A stretch of DNA of 64,000 nt from a virus (taxonomy: Duplodnaviria > Caudoviricetes). The stretch is taken from positions 32,001 to 96,000 of the IMG/VR virus record IMGVR_UViG_2974692648_000001. One strand, given 5' to 3'. Shown here piece after piece: positions 28,782 to 37,313 of this stretch. Every line of letters starts with the position of its first letter. Positions within the stretch are counted from its first letter, which is position 1. The position numbers and the translations under genes were made by a program. Below the pieces are notes generated by a model. The model was not told the DNA's origin and ran no database searches. It was given only the letters and a program-made list of their open reading frames with translations.

Positions 28782-28818
28782 TAACTACGGTGGACAGAGT
28801 CCACCGTAGTTACTTTTG
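28782..28818 (+). terminator. Intrinsic terminator ending the structural operon
   Basis: TAACTACGGTGGAC-AGA-GTCCACCGTAGTTA then CTTTT. Confidence 0.8.
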
Positions 28819-28828
28819 CATTCATATT

Positions 28829-28872
28829 TTTTCAAATCTATATCACCTACATGAAACTAAGAACAGTTTCAT
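28829..28872 (+). promoter_or_regulatory. Putative early promoter plus 5' hairpin
   Basis: TTTTCAAATCTATATCAC, then perfect ATGAAACT-AAGAAC-AGTTTCAT. Confidence 0.6.
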
Positions 28873-28900
28873 TTTCATTAACCTTAATAGGAAACCAACT

Positions 28901-30328
28901 ATGTCTGATAATAACGAATACCAAACACGTAAAAATGCAATGTTAGGTCTTATTGAAGAAAACCAACATGACGCTTTGAAATCCCTGGTGGTGACAGTTC
29001 ACAAACCTTGTCCAGAAGGTCAAGGAGAAGTCCGACTTACTTCTCCTATCGAGATCCAACCCTTCATCAAAGATAAGGATCCTGAAAACATTTATTGTCT
29101 CATCGATGGTCGTCCCACCACCCCTGAAACACTAAAAGAAATGAGTATGCCGGGGGACTTACTTCGAGTGGATTTAAAAGAAGATTCGGTCACAATGGAG
29201 TTGATCAAATGCTTAGGTCGCTGCAACTACGCCATAGTTGGTGATCCGACCGGACTGATAGAAACCCTGAGAACTCAATTAAAACCCAAAGAAGTGCGCT
29301 TCTATCAAGGCAACCATGAAACGGACTTAATTACTATTTCTGAACAAATAGAAGTAGAAGATAGCTTCATGGTGGAAGTGTTTGGTGGACGCATTAACAT
29401 CACATTACTGGATGGTGAGAAACAACCTAAGCTAAATCCTCACATGCAGTCGGATGCATTCGTTTGTTTAAAATCTTTGTGGTTAGGAACCATAAAAGAT
29501 ATCGACGAAACTAAGCCGGATTTTTCTATACGGAGAATGGGTTTACATGGTCGCAGTGATACGCAGTTTCTATCAAGACAAGTGATTCATCGACCTCACA
29601 TCGAGTTCTCCACTCGTATTGTGGAAGGATTCATGACCGAGGAGCGAGCCGATCAACTTCGTGAACTGGCTGAAAGTCTAGAGTGTTACGTTGGGAACAC
29701 TAAGTGTGACGTGGAAGAGTTTCTTCACATCATGGACCCAGATGATATTTTACTGTTACAGATCTTCAGTGATAAGCTTCGTCTGGTCGTTAACCAAGCG
29801 GTTGGGGTCTTTCAGCATCAAATTAAAGACAGCACGGACGGAACCAAATTAGCTGTACTGAAGCGAGCAAAGTCTATGTTGACTAATTCGACATTTGGTG
29901 CTTACGGAACTCCGTACACACTAAGTGCTCCTAAGACCTACCTTGGTCCCAAAGCTGTGCCACCTTCTGTGTTCATTAACTACTTAAAGAAAGGCGACAC
30001 CCTAGTTTCACATTCACTGGGAGTGTCGTCGGCAATAAGTTGTGAACGCGCAGACAAACAAGATTACTCGGAATCTAAATTGTTTGTAGATTGTACGATT
30101 CACTCTCCTCAGTTGGATGGTGAGGGATCCACATTATTAGAAGACGGGTTTGTTAAAGAAATAACAGACGCGTTAGTGGATCAAGATCTGATTCTACCTA
30201 ATTGGGAGTCAAAAGCAACTTTAGTATGTCCTACGGCGTTTTCTAAACTACCTGTCAAAGGTGTGAAACTTAAACAGTCTCGTAAAGAGATGTCGCCATT
30301 AATGAAGCGCATGATGAAGCGCCTTTAA
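28901..30328 (+). CDS. Hypothetical early protein
   Basis: AGGA RBS before MSDNNE at 28901; the track's upstream extension crosses a terminator and promoter. Confidence 0.75.
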   Translation: MSDNNEYQTRKNAMLGLIEENQHDALKSLVVTVHKPCPEGQGEVRLTSPIEIQPFIKDKDPENIYCLIDGRPTTPETLKEMSMPGDLLRVDLKEDSVTMELIKCLGRCNYAIVGDPTGLIETLRTQLKPKEVRFYQGNHETDLITISEQIEVEDSFMVEVFGGRINITLLDGEKQPKLNPHMQSDAFVCLKSLWLGTIKDIDETKPDFSIRRMGLHGRSDTQFLSRQVIHRPHIEFSTRIVEGFMTEERADQLRELAESLECYVGNTKCDVEEFLHIMDPDDILLLQIFSDKLRLVVNQAVGVFQHQIKDSTDGTKLAVLKRAKSMLTNSTFGAYGTPYTLSAPKTYLGPKAVPPSVFINYLKKGDTLVSHSLGVSSAISCERADKQDYSESKLFVDCTIHSPQLDGEGSTLLEDGFVKEITDALVDQDLILPNWESKATLVCPTAFSKLPVKGVKLKQSRKEMSPLMKRMMKRL

Positions 30329-30382
30329 TTCATCAACCGATAACAACTGATTTTACCAATGCATCAATTAAGGATTTATACC

Positions 30383-30781
30383 ATGACTATCAAGAAAGAC
30401 GGCTCACTAAACCAAATTCGTATCTTCGCACTAGTTCAGCTAAGCAGCTGGATTTATCGTCACCATAAAGTGAAGAGTATCAAAGCGATGGCGGAGGTGG
30501 CTGAAGTGAGTCCTTCAACGTTGAGCTCCATTAAGAACGGTAGCGTTAAAAGCATCTCACTTAATCGCATCTTTGCTATTATGGATAACTTGAACATCAA
30601 CTACACTTTTCAAATGGTACGTCGTAGAGGGATCACCAGCTATTCGTTCCAGATGGACGTGTATAACGTTCGTAAGTCCGATACAAGAGAACTAGAAGTT
30701 AGCTACCAAGAAGAGTACAACCAACTTCGTAGTCACCATCAGTTAAACGAAACTAGTTTCAATAACGTCGTACACCTTTAA
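30383..30781 (+). CDS. XRE/Cro-type helix-turn-helix protein
   Basis: SIKAMAEVAEVSPSTLSSIKNGSVKSISLNRIFAIMDNL fits the XRE HTH pattern; AAGGA RBS. Confidence 0.8.
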   Translation: MTIKKDGSLNQIRIFALVQLSSWIYRHHKVKSIKAMAEVAEVSPSTLSSIKNGSVKSISLNRIFAIMDNLNINYTFQMVRRRGITSYSFQMDVYNVRKSDTRELEVSYQEEYNQLRSHHQLNETSFNNVVHL

Positions 30782-30790
30782 TCCACCTAA

Positions 30791-30822
30791 ATACTCAGGG
30801 GTCCTTCGGGGTCCCTGAGTAT
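30791..30822 (+). terminator. UUCG hairpin (terminator or stabiliser)
   Basis: ATACTCAGGGGTCC-TTCG-GGGTCCCTGAGTAT, no U-tract. Confidence 0.6.
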
Positions 30823-30833
30823 AGGAGTTTATT

Positions 30834-30995
30834 ATGTTTTTAAAAGTTAATCCTATCTCACCTTATTTTGGTCATCACTCTAAACCAATCATCCAGAGTC
30901 AAACAAAACGCCGTAAAACGAACAGAGACAGCGATAAAGACTTTCAGGCTGTATTGGTCCGAGAATTAAACAAAACGGTAAACAGAGGGCGTTGA
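30834..30995 (+). CDS. Small basic protein, 53 aa, absent from the ORF track
   Basis: AGGAG RBS; MFLKVNPISPYFGHHSKPIIQSQTKRRKTNRDSDKDFQAVLVRELNKTVNRGR; stop 1 nt before the next ATG. Confidence 0.65.
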   Translation: MFLKVNPISPYFGHHSKPIIQSQTKRRKTNRDSDKDFQAVLVRELNKTVNRGR

Positions 30996-30996
30996 G

Positions 30997-31308
30997 ATGC
31001 GTTTATTTAACTGTTTCAAAAAGAAACCCAAAGACTTTCCTTATGAGAATGTCGCAAGACTGTTAATAAGAACCAGTCCAGAAGAAGAACTCACTTTGAG
31101 AGTGACTCGATACAAGGACTTGTATTTCGTTAACGCTTACGATATTTTCCGATGGAGTAATGGGACTTGGTATAATCAGTACGTTGATCAAGCATCGGAC
31201 GAATTCCTGATCTCTGCTCTAAGGTCATTAAAGTGTGAGTTCGTAGTATCTGAATTTAATAACTTAATTCACGGAACTCTATTACTTGATCATTTCGAAT
31301 CTAAGTAA
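30997..31308 (+). CDS. Hypothetical protein
   Basis: 103 aa, GAGGG RBS. Confidence 0.7.
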   Translation: MRLFNCFKKKPKDFPYENVARLLIRTSPEEELTLRVTRYKDLYFVNAYDIFRWSNGTWYNQYVDQASDEFLISALRSLKCEFVVSEFNNLIHGTLLLDHFESK

Positions 31309-31373
31309 AATATTTTCTTACTGTGAAAGTTATCCTAATGGGGGAGGGGGCAAAGACTTGAAAACATCGAAGA

Positions 31374-31486
31374 TAATTTAATTAATATATTAAGTTAAAT
31401 ATACCTTAGAGTATATACGACATTACGAAGTGATGGGAGTATATACGGTGAGTATTACGAAGTAATACGGATAAAGGTTATTTAAC
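31374..31486. repeat. Structured intergenic element: AT-rich tract plus two GAGTATATACG…ATTACGAAGT units in an outer inverted repeat
   Basis: Direct repeats at 31409 and 31437; hairpins 31421-31435 and 31452-31468; outer stem 31394-31407 with 31474-31486. Confidence 0.65.
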
Positions 31487-31545
31487 GTATACTGCATTAA
31501 AGACCGTTAGGTCACGATAACAATTGATAACAAAGAGAATACATT

Positions 31546-32385
31546 ATGACTAAGCTAACTTACACTCAGCGTTTCGCTACTCGTTTTGAAAAGAAAATCA
31601 TGTCTCAACAGCCTGAACTGTTAAAGCTATACCAGCGTATTTGTGGTCACGACTACTGGTATGATTTTTGTGACGCGTTACCGGGCTGGCGTGCAGGTCT
31701 AGAGAGTGAACGAGATATCATTCGACAGTTAGATGAAAATAAAGAACACAAATACTATCCTATCTTGCAATGCCTCTGGAGTAACAAAGGGGATAAGGAA
31801 TCGATCGATAGTGGGAACGTGTTCGAGGAGTGGTTAGAAAAATACCGAGATGAGTCCATGGATATGTATCGTTTCTTAGAGACACTAGATCGTCTTCAAA
31901 TGGATGATGAGAAAATTGCTAGAGCGGTTAGAGCAATGCGTCAAGTAAGTAAGTTCTTGATTGAAGAATCCGAGGTAGAATCTAAAGTCGTTGACTACTT
32001 CCCTAAGTTGGTTTACACGAAACACTTGGGTCCTAAGTCGATCGGTAAGTGTTACGTAGATAAAGTTCAACTTCCTAGAAAACTCCAGCGTTTCACAGAG
32101 GTGATGGTAACACGTGCCGAAATGTATGACTTTGATTGTTTAGGATTACTTACCCCTCATGTCGGTACGTTTGATACGGTCCGTTTTGATCCTGAGTCAG
32201 AGAACGAAGAACACTTGGCTTACATCAAGGGATATCACTTCAAGTCAGTATACATCCTTAAAGGCAAACTACTGGCTAAAATTCGTCGTATTGAACTGCG
32301 TGATCTGAAAGATCTAACCGAGGTGTTAAGAGGAAAGGGATCAGTTCAATCTCTTTACACTCCTAAAGACCTGGAGCGCGTATGA
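31546..32385 (+). CDS. Hypothetical protein
   Basis: 279 aa, first gene of a coupled run. Confidence 0.75.
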   Translation: MTKLTYTQRFATRFEKKIMSQQPELLKLYQRICGHDYWYDFCDALPGWRAGLESERDIIRQLDENKEHKYYPILQCLWSNKGDKESIDSGNVFEEWLEKYRDESMDMYRFLETLDRLQMDDEKIARAVRAMRQVSKFLIEESEVESKVVDYFPKLVYTKHLGPKSIGKCYVDKVQLPRKLQRFTEVMVTRAEMYDFDCLGLLTPHVGTFDTVRFDPESENEEHLAYIKGYHFKSVYILKGKLLAKIRRIELRDLKDLTEVLRGKGSVQSLYTPKDLERV

Positions 32386-32879
32386 GTGATCTAAGAAACC
32401 ATTACGTTCGAGATTGGCTAACCAACGATGAAGGAGCGCTATGTTGCGCCGAATTCTTTATTAGTGAGTCTTACAAAGGGAGGTTCATTAATGTAGGTTA
32501 CTCCATCAAAAACCGAAATGTCGCCTCCGTATTTTGTATGTTGGATGTTGACAACACACTGAATCAAGAACTCAACCGCCACATCCAACATGTCACCGAA
32601 CTCATTGGTGTACTAGATAAAGTTCATGAGTTCATCACCACTTCGAGTAGTGAAGGGAGTCGACAACGATCTTGGGCGGTCCCACATCGAGATATCCACG
32701 ATCAAGTGACTATTTCTATCCAACACCATTTTAAGAACTCTTTTAAAATGATCATACAAATAGGGACTTCTACCACGTATTTTTCTATGGAAGATGAAGA
32801 GATGGTGGATGTACTTTTAACATTGACAGACTTGGCGAAACAACATAACAAGGCATTGGGTAAATTGGTGGCGTCATGA
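32382..32879 (+). CDS. Hypothetical protein
   Basis: 165 aa, GGAG RBS, ATGA overlap. Confidence 0.75.
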   Translation: MSDLRNHYVRDWLTNDEGALCCAEFFISESYKGRFINVGYSIKNRNVASVFCMLDVDNTLNQELNRHIQHVTELIGVLDKVHEFITTSSSEGSRQRSWAVPHRDIHDQVTISIQHHFKNSFKMIIQIGTSTTYFSMEDEEMVDVLLTLTDLAKQHNKALGKLVAS

Positions 32880-33382
32880 AAAAGATCGGAAGAAGAGAGT
32901 TCTTGAGCGACAAAGGGTTGAGTATGGTCGCCTACAGTTGTTCGGTCAATGACAACAATTTGTTGAAGATGTATTTTACCATCTATCTAAATAAAACGGA
33001 CGTCACTTTACATCGTGAAGTGTCATTGAAAGAATACCCGCTTCGAGAACTCAACATCGAGTCGGCGTTCAACAAAATAGAGCGCCTCATCAAAACTTTA
33101 CAGGAGTACGTAAAACACTTACAAGACGGTGGAGTTGTAAATGATCACCGCCCGGTCGGGTTATTAGTTGAACCTGATACCGGAGACTACGTAGGAGAAA
33201 CCAGTACAGTTCATTTATGGGCTAATGGGGAACAGGTCGTTTTTAGCTTAACTAGTTGTGAAAAGAAACTAAGGACTACCTTGGATCGAGAACCTACGAT
33301 AGAACTACTGACAACACTCATCGGACACTTATGGTGTCACTTAAACGATGCGAAAACGATAACACAGAATGCACTAAAATAA
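32876..33382 (+). CDS. Hypothetical protein, possible paralog of the previous gene
   Basis: 168 aa, ATGA overlap. Confidence 0.75.
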   Translation: MKKIGRREFLSDKGLSMVAYSCSVNDNNLLKMYFTIYLNKTDVTLHREVSLKEYPLRELNIESAFNKIERLIKTLQEYVKHLQDGGVVNDHRPVGLLVEPDTGDYVGETSTVHLWANGEQVVFSLTSCEKKLRTTLDREPTIELLTTLIGHLWCHLNDAKTITQNALK

Positions 33383-33396
33383 ACAAGGATTCCACC

Positions 33397-33801
33397 ATGA
33401 CTAAATATCGCACTCTCATAGACCATTACCGAGGCGTGTTAGGTTTAAGTCAAAAACTTAAACCTGTTGACATTAACCGCACCTCCCTCCACATCACCAA
33501 CTTGGGCATCAAAGACCAAGAGACGAAAGCGTTGTTTACCGTCGCTTATTTCCACCTCAAAATTCACACCCGTTTCGATGACAGAAAATCTCAAGTCACC
33601 GCATACACTTTATCCGAAGGCGTGCGATTATTGGGAGCGGGTTACGACAAAGAAACCGTCACAATGGAAATGATCGCTATGCCGAGTAAGTTCTACGACA
33701 ATGAAGAGATCATCGTCAACGTAGCGGATGTGGCATTAGACTACCTGGAACGCATGATAGGTTCTGTGGAAGAAGCATTAAAAGAGCGAGTCATGGCATG
33801 A
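33397..33801 (+). CDS. Hypothetical protein
   Basis: AAGGA RBS before MTKYR at 33397. Confidence 0.75.
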   Translation: MTKYRTLIDHYRGVLGLSQKLKPVDINRTSLHITNLGIKDQETKALFTVAYFHLKIHTRFDDRKSQVTAYTLSEGVRLLGAGYDKETVTMEMIAMPSKFYDNEEIIVNVADVALDYLERMIGSVEEALKERVMA

Positions 33802-34247
33802 AGATCTTGAATAAGACTTATCTGTACTTCGTTAGTTTGTTTTACAATATCTTCTATCGTATCAACCCAGAACAAGAAGTGTTTGTTGGTTATCTAACTC
33901 ACTATCTCTCTAGACTTGGTTTTGACAATGTCCACTTGTTTTTAAACAACGAACGAGTCCAGCGTCAAACCGAGTTTTTAAACTACCATAACTATAAACA
34001 GAATTACCAGGGAGCTGTGTTCATTGCTGGATGTTGTTATGCCGAGTTTAACCTCGGTTTTAAACACCATCATCAGTGCTTGGCATTTGGTCAAACGTTG
34101 TCGGACGTTTTTAAACATCGTCATCAATTTGAAGAAAAGCCAAGGAGCGTGGTGATTGCCGAATCCTTAGAGCGAATGGGGGTAACTGAAACCGTTGAAC
34201 TCTCAAGAGCACTCAATAAGGCTATCGACAAAATCTTAACTTACTGA
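33798..34247 (+). CDS. Hypothetical protein
   Basis: 149 aa, ATGA overlap. Confidence 0.7.
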   Translation: MKILNKTYLYFVSLFYNIFYRINPEQEVFVGYLTHYLSRLGFDNVHLFLNNERVQRQTEFLNYHNYKQNYQGAVFIAGCCYAEFNLGFKHHHQCLAFGQTLSDVFKHRHQFEEKPRSVVIAESLERMGVTETVELSRALNKAIDKILTY

Positions 34248-34259
34248 ACAGGAACTATT

Positions 34260-34592
34260 ATGCTGAAGGAAATCATTCAAGCTTTCTCTGACAAAATGGA
34301 AGAGAACGGACCTATTGATCCGAACCAACACCAAGACGACACTATCCTTGTTTTAGGACTTCAGACCACATTACCGCACGAGTGCTTACACCCCAACGGC
34401 CATTTCCTTAACTTGATGGCTTGTGCGTTATCTGGACAACTGCTTGCTCTCAAAGCACTTACTAAGAGTGAAACCAATATCCTCAACGTTCTGCATTACA
34501 TCGACTACTTGCACGAGACAACGCTTTACGGATACGTGGATGTATCTGAGATAGAAGAGTTGAAAGATCAAATCATCTCGGTTACTTTTTAA
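34260..34592 (+). CDS. Hypothetical protein
   Basis: 110 aa, AGGA RBS. Confidence 0.7.
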   Translation: MLKEIIQAFSDKMEENGPIDPNQHQDDTILVLGLQTTLPHECLHPNGHFLNLMACALSGQLLALKALTKSETNILNVLHYIDYLHETTLYGYVDVSEIEELKDQIISVTF

Positions 34593-34602
34593 CATTTAAA
34601 AT

Positions 34603-34633
34603 AACTTACACCCATATTACTTGGGTGTAAGTT
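34603..34633 (+). promoter_or_regulatory. Putative early promoter inside a perfect 12-bp inverted repeat
   Basis: AACTTACACCCA-TATTACT-TGGGTGTAAGTT, containing CATATTAC. Confidence 0.6.
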
Positions 34634-34672
34634 CACTCTTAATATTTAATAAACCTTTATAGAGGAAACATC

Positions 34673-34861
34673 ATGAAAGACGTTAACCACCTACTAGCTG
34701 CGCTTGACATCAACCTTAACTTCAATCTACCTGAAACTAATGTCCAAGAGATCATGTGCAAAGTTTGTCCTAACCTAGCCTTACAGCTACTTAAGAAAAG
34801 AAATGAAATTCTTAAAGAGTCTCTGCAACTACACTGTATCTTTAGAGTTGGAAATGGTTGA
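34673..34861 (+). CDS. 62-aa ORF, or the 5' part of a frameshifted gene
   Basis: Good GAGGA RBS after the promoter; overlaps the next ORF in the +1 frame. Confidence 0.55.
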   Translation: MKDVNHLLAALDINLNFNLPETNVQEIMCKVCPNLALQLLKKRNEILKESLQLHCIFRVGNG

Positions 34862-36536
34862 CGCACTTAACTTGTTGCAAAACAGTACCGGCTTCTTCAA
34901 TAGAAATTTCAACCACAACATCATCTCTGCACCACTTGCGTTTGGCGAGACTTACTACAACAAGTGTGTTCGTACTTTATCCACTTTAACCCAGGTACCA
35001 CCGCCGGTATCAGAAACCTTCATGCATTGGTTGGTGTTAGGTGAAACAGTTAACAAAACGTTGCCGAGCAACGTCTACTCTAATTTTGAGTATGCATGTT
35101 CATCCATTGGGTTAGGGGAAAGTTTCAAAGCTGTCTTCACTCCTGATGTTACTAATTCATCATTTGATGCGAAGAAAATTACAGCACTTGACCTCACTAA
35201 TTGTCTCAATCAAACGTCAGTGAGTCATGGTTCCGTGCAAGCTGCTCAATTAGCTGAATTTGGAATGAGAGTCACGAACTTAATAAGTGCCCCAATTCCA
35301 TTTGGGACTCGTGCTTTGGACTTAAGTGATCCAACACCGTTGTACGAATTGGTTCTAAAGCATCTAGGTAAATTAAGTGGAGTTAAGTACGAACCTAAGT
35401 TGATTAGTTTAACCAACTTATTGTTGCTTGGCGAAATACCTAAAGAACCTATCCTCCTAGAACCGAAAAATTACCAAAAGTTACTTTCTAATTTTGGTGC
35501 GCAGTATTCGAACATGGAGACTTACGCTTTAATCCAAACCTACGTAAGACCGGCTAGTACTTCTCCAAACATCGCTCAGCTATTAGGATGTGCGGGAACG
35601 TCAAATAGACCGTCGTTCTGTTTGCAAAGTATAGAACATGCTTTCAACACAGTTGCGGAGGAAAAGTTCTCTCGTAAGGAAGCAAGACTGTTGTCAAGAC
35701 TTTACTCCGACTTCCACACTCGTGAACCAGAGTACATCGTTACTCATTACGAATTGGAAGATTTCATGAAGCTAGACTGTTACATCCGTTCTCTGCTCCA
35801 AAAATACCACGGTACATTTGGTGGTGTGTTGAAAGGGGTGACTGCTTGGCACGAGATTCGTGGGAAGTTAAACGAAAAGGCTGATATGGAAATGAAAGAG
35901 AAAACCGATACACCTTTAGCTAAGTTGATGACCAAGTCTCGCTTACAAGCAGAGGCAGTCATCGCCGAAACAACACCTTTCTTATTTGAAGATCGTCAAC
36001 TTACTTCAGAAGAAATTAATGAAGTTCTTAGTCAAGCGGAACACGAGACTTATCTCCTAGCATTGTTAGCGTTAGAAAACCAAATCGACTTAGAAGGTGT
36101 TTTTGATAACCCTGATGAAATCACATCTCTAACCGTTAATAAAACTCAGTCATCGCAAACCTCCCTACCGGAACCGGAAATAACGGACACACCGCTTCAA
36201 ATCAAATTGGAAAAACCTTCCGATGAAGTAAAGGTTGTGAAGTATGTTTTGGACCGACTAAACGATAAACTCAAATATCAAGGGGGTGATCTGGATAATG
36301 TGCTCCAACAGTACTTCGCAACTCGTCCGGTCTCCATCGATACGGTTATTCGTTGTTTGGCCCTGCTTCCTAAATCCGTTGACACCTCAGGGTTAAGTGA
36401 GGAGATCAAAACCACTTACGAAGGACTGATCGCAGGTAAAGGTACAATGCAAATAGAAAGCTTCCCATCCCTGGGTCAATCTATTGCAGAAGCTATTTAC
36501 TTAGCGTTAAACCCTTTGGAATTTGCTGGATGGTAA
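34803..36536 (+). CDS. Hypothetical protein (start uncertain: 34803, 34854, or fused to 34673)
   Basis: 577-aa open frame. Confidence 0.75.
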   Translation: MKFLKSLCNYTVSLELEMVDALNLLQNSTGFFNRNFNHNIISAPLAFGETYYNKCVRTLSTLTQVPPPVSETFMHWLVLGETVNKTLPSNVYSNFEYACSSIGLGESFKAVFTPDVTNSSFDAKKITALDLTNCLNQTSVSHGSVQAAQLAEFGMRVTNLISAPIPFGTRALDLSDPTPLYELVLKHLGKLSGVKYEPKLISLTNLLLLGEIPKEPILLEPKNYQKLLSNFGAQYSNMETYALIQTYVRPASTSPNIAQLLGCAGTSNRPSFCLQSIEHAFNTVAEEKFSRKEARLLSRLYSDFHTREPEYIVTHYELEDFMKLDCYIRSLLQKYHGTFGGVLKGVTAWHEIRGKLNEKADMEMKEKTDTPLAKLMTKSRLQAEAVIAETTPFLFEDRQLTSEEINEVLSQAEHETYLLALLALENQIDLEGVFDNPDEITSLTVNKTQSSQTSLPEPEITDTPLQIKLEKPSDEVKVVKYVLDRLNDKLKYQGGDLDNVLQQYFATRPVSIDTVIRCLALLPKSVDTSGLSEEIKTTYEGLIAGKGTMQIESFPSLGQSIAEAIYLALNPLEFAGW

Positions 36537-36885
36537 GATGTCTCTTGTAGATGAAATACAATCTCCCTTCTTTAGGGAGTTGTGTCAATACCTTAACCAA
36601 CTCACTTACACGTTGGATGATTTTGAAGATCCTTATCTTTATCAAAACCTCCAACAAGAATTAACGCGTGAACTCTTTCGTATATTGAAACCACACGTTA
36701 TATCTCGTCCAGACATTCGGGAGAAATACCGGCAAGCTGATTTAAGGGTACATCTCTTCCTAACGCCCCATGAGGTTCGCTACTGCGTAAAACCAGTAGT
36801 AGTTGACCTAGCGTGGGACTTAATGGAAGAAACCTTACCAGAGCCCGTAGAGAACCCGATGCCGTCGGACAAACTACCATTTTAA
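36523..36885 (+). CDS. Hypothetical protein (start possibly ATG 36538)
   Basis: About 115-120 aa, abuts the upstream stop. Confidence 0.7.
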   Translation: MLDGKMSLVDEIQSPFFRELCQYLNQLTYTLDDFEDPYLYQNLQQELTRELFRILKPHVISRPDIREKYRQADLRVHLFLTPHEVRYCVKPVVVDLAWDLMEETLPEPVENPMPSDKLPF

Positions 36886-36898
36886 CATTTAACTAAAA

Positions 36899-36928
36899 AC
36901 ACTACCTGGTCGTAAGACTGGGTAGTGT
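36899..36928 (+). other. Intergenic GNRA-loop hairpin
   Basis: ACACTACCTGGTC-GTAA-GACTGGGTAGTGT, no U-tract. Confidence 0.55.
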
Positions 36929-36946
36929 AATTATAAGGAGGGTAAT

Positions 36947-37252
36947 TTGAACGTACCTGCTGTCTTAGGTGCTATGTTTGGTACCGCTATTACTGGGGCT
37001 ACAACAGAAGACCTGAAAATGACTTTACTAGGTGCGGCTACGGGAGCAATCACCGTGGGTATATTGGACTCTACTCGTGATGAAGACAAACCTTCATTAG
37101 GGACTAGAGATTTTTGTACATCAGCATGTGCTTCTATTTGGCCTGTGCTGATCTACGAAAAACCTCAGGAATATATTCCTTACTACTTTGAAGAAGATGA
37201 ACAATTTACGGGTGACGATATCTTAGATATGCCATTAACATTTGATCATTAG
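36947..37252 (+). CDS. Small glycine-zipper-like protein with acidic tail
   Basis: AAGGAGG RBS with TTG start; GAMFGTAITGA…GAATGAITVG. Confidence 0.75.
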   Translation: MNVPAVLGAMFGTAITGATTEDLKMTLLGAATGAITVGILDSTRDEDKPSLGTRDFCTSACASIWPVLIYEKPQEYIPYYFEEDEQFTGDDILDMPLTFDH

Positions 37253-37258
37253 CAATTA

Positions 37259-37292
37259 TAACTCCTACCTCCCATTTGGGAGGTAGGAGTTA
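37259..37292. terminator. Probable bidirectional terminator
   Basis: TAACTCCTACCTCCCA-TT-TGGGAGGTAGGAGTTA; core nearly identical to the 1216 hairpin. Confidence 0.8.
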
Positions 37293-37313
37293 CTCACTCA
37301 TTTATTTTTTTTG

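Noticed and set aside
31394-31486. tRNA or CRISPR interpretation of the repeated hairpin element
   Set aside because: No T-loop GTTC, no 7-nt anticodon loop or CCA; only two short units with no spacer-length unique sequence, and no cas genes.
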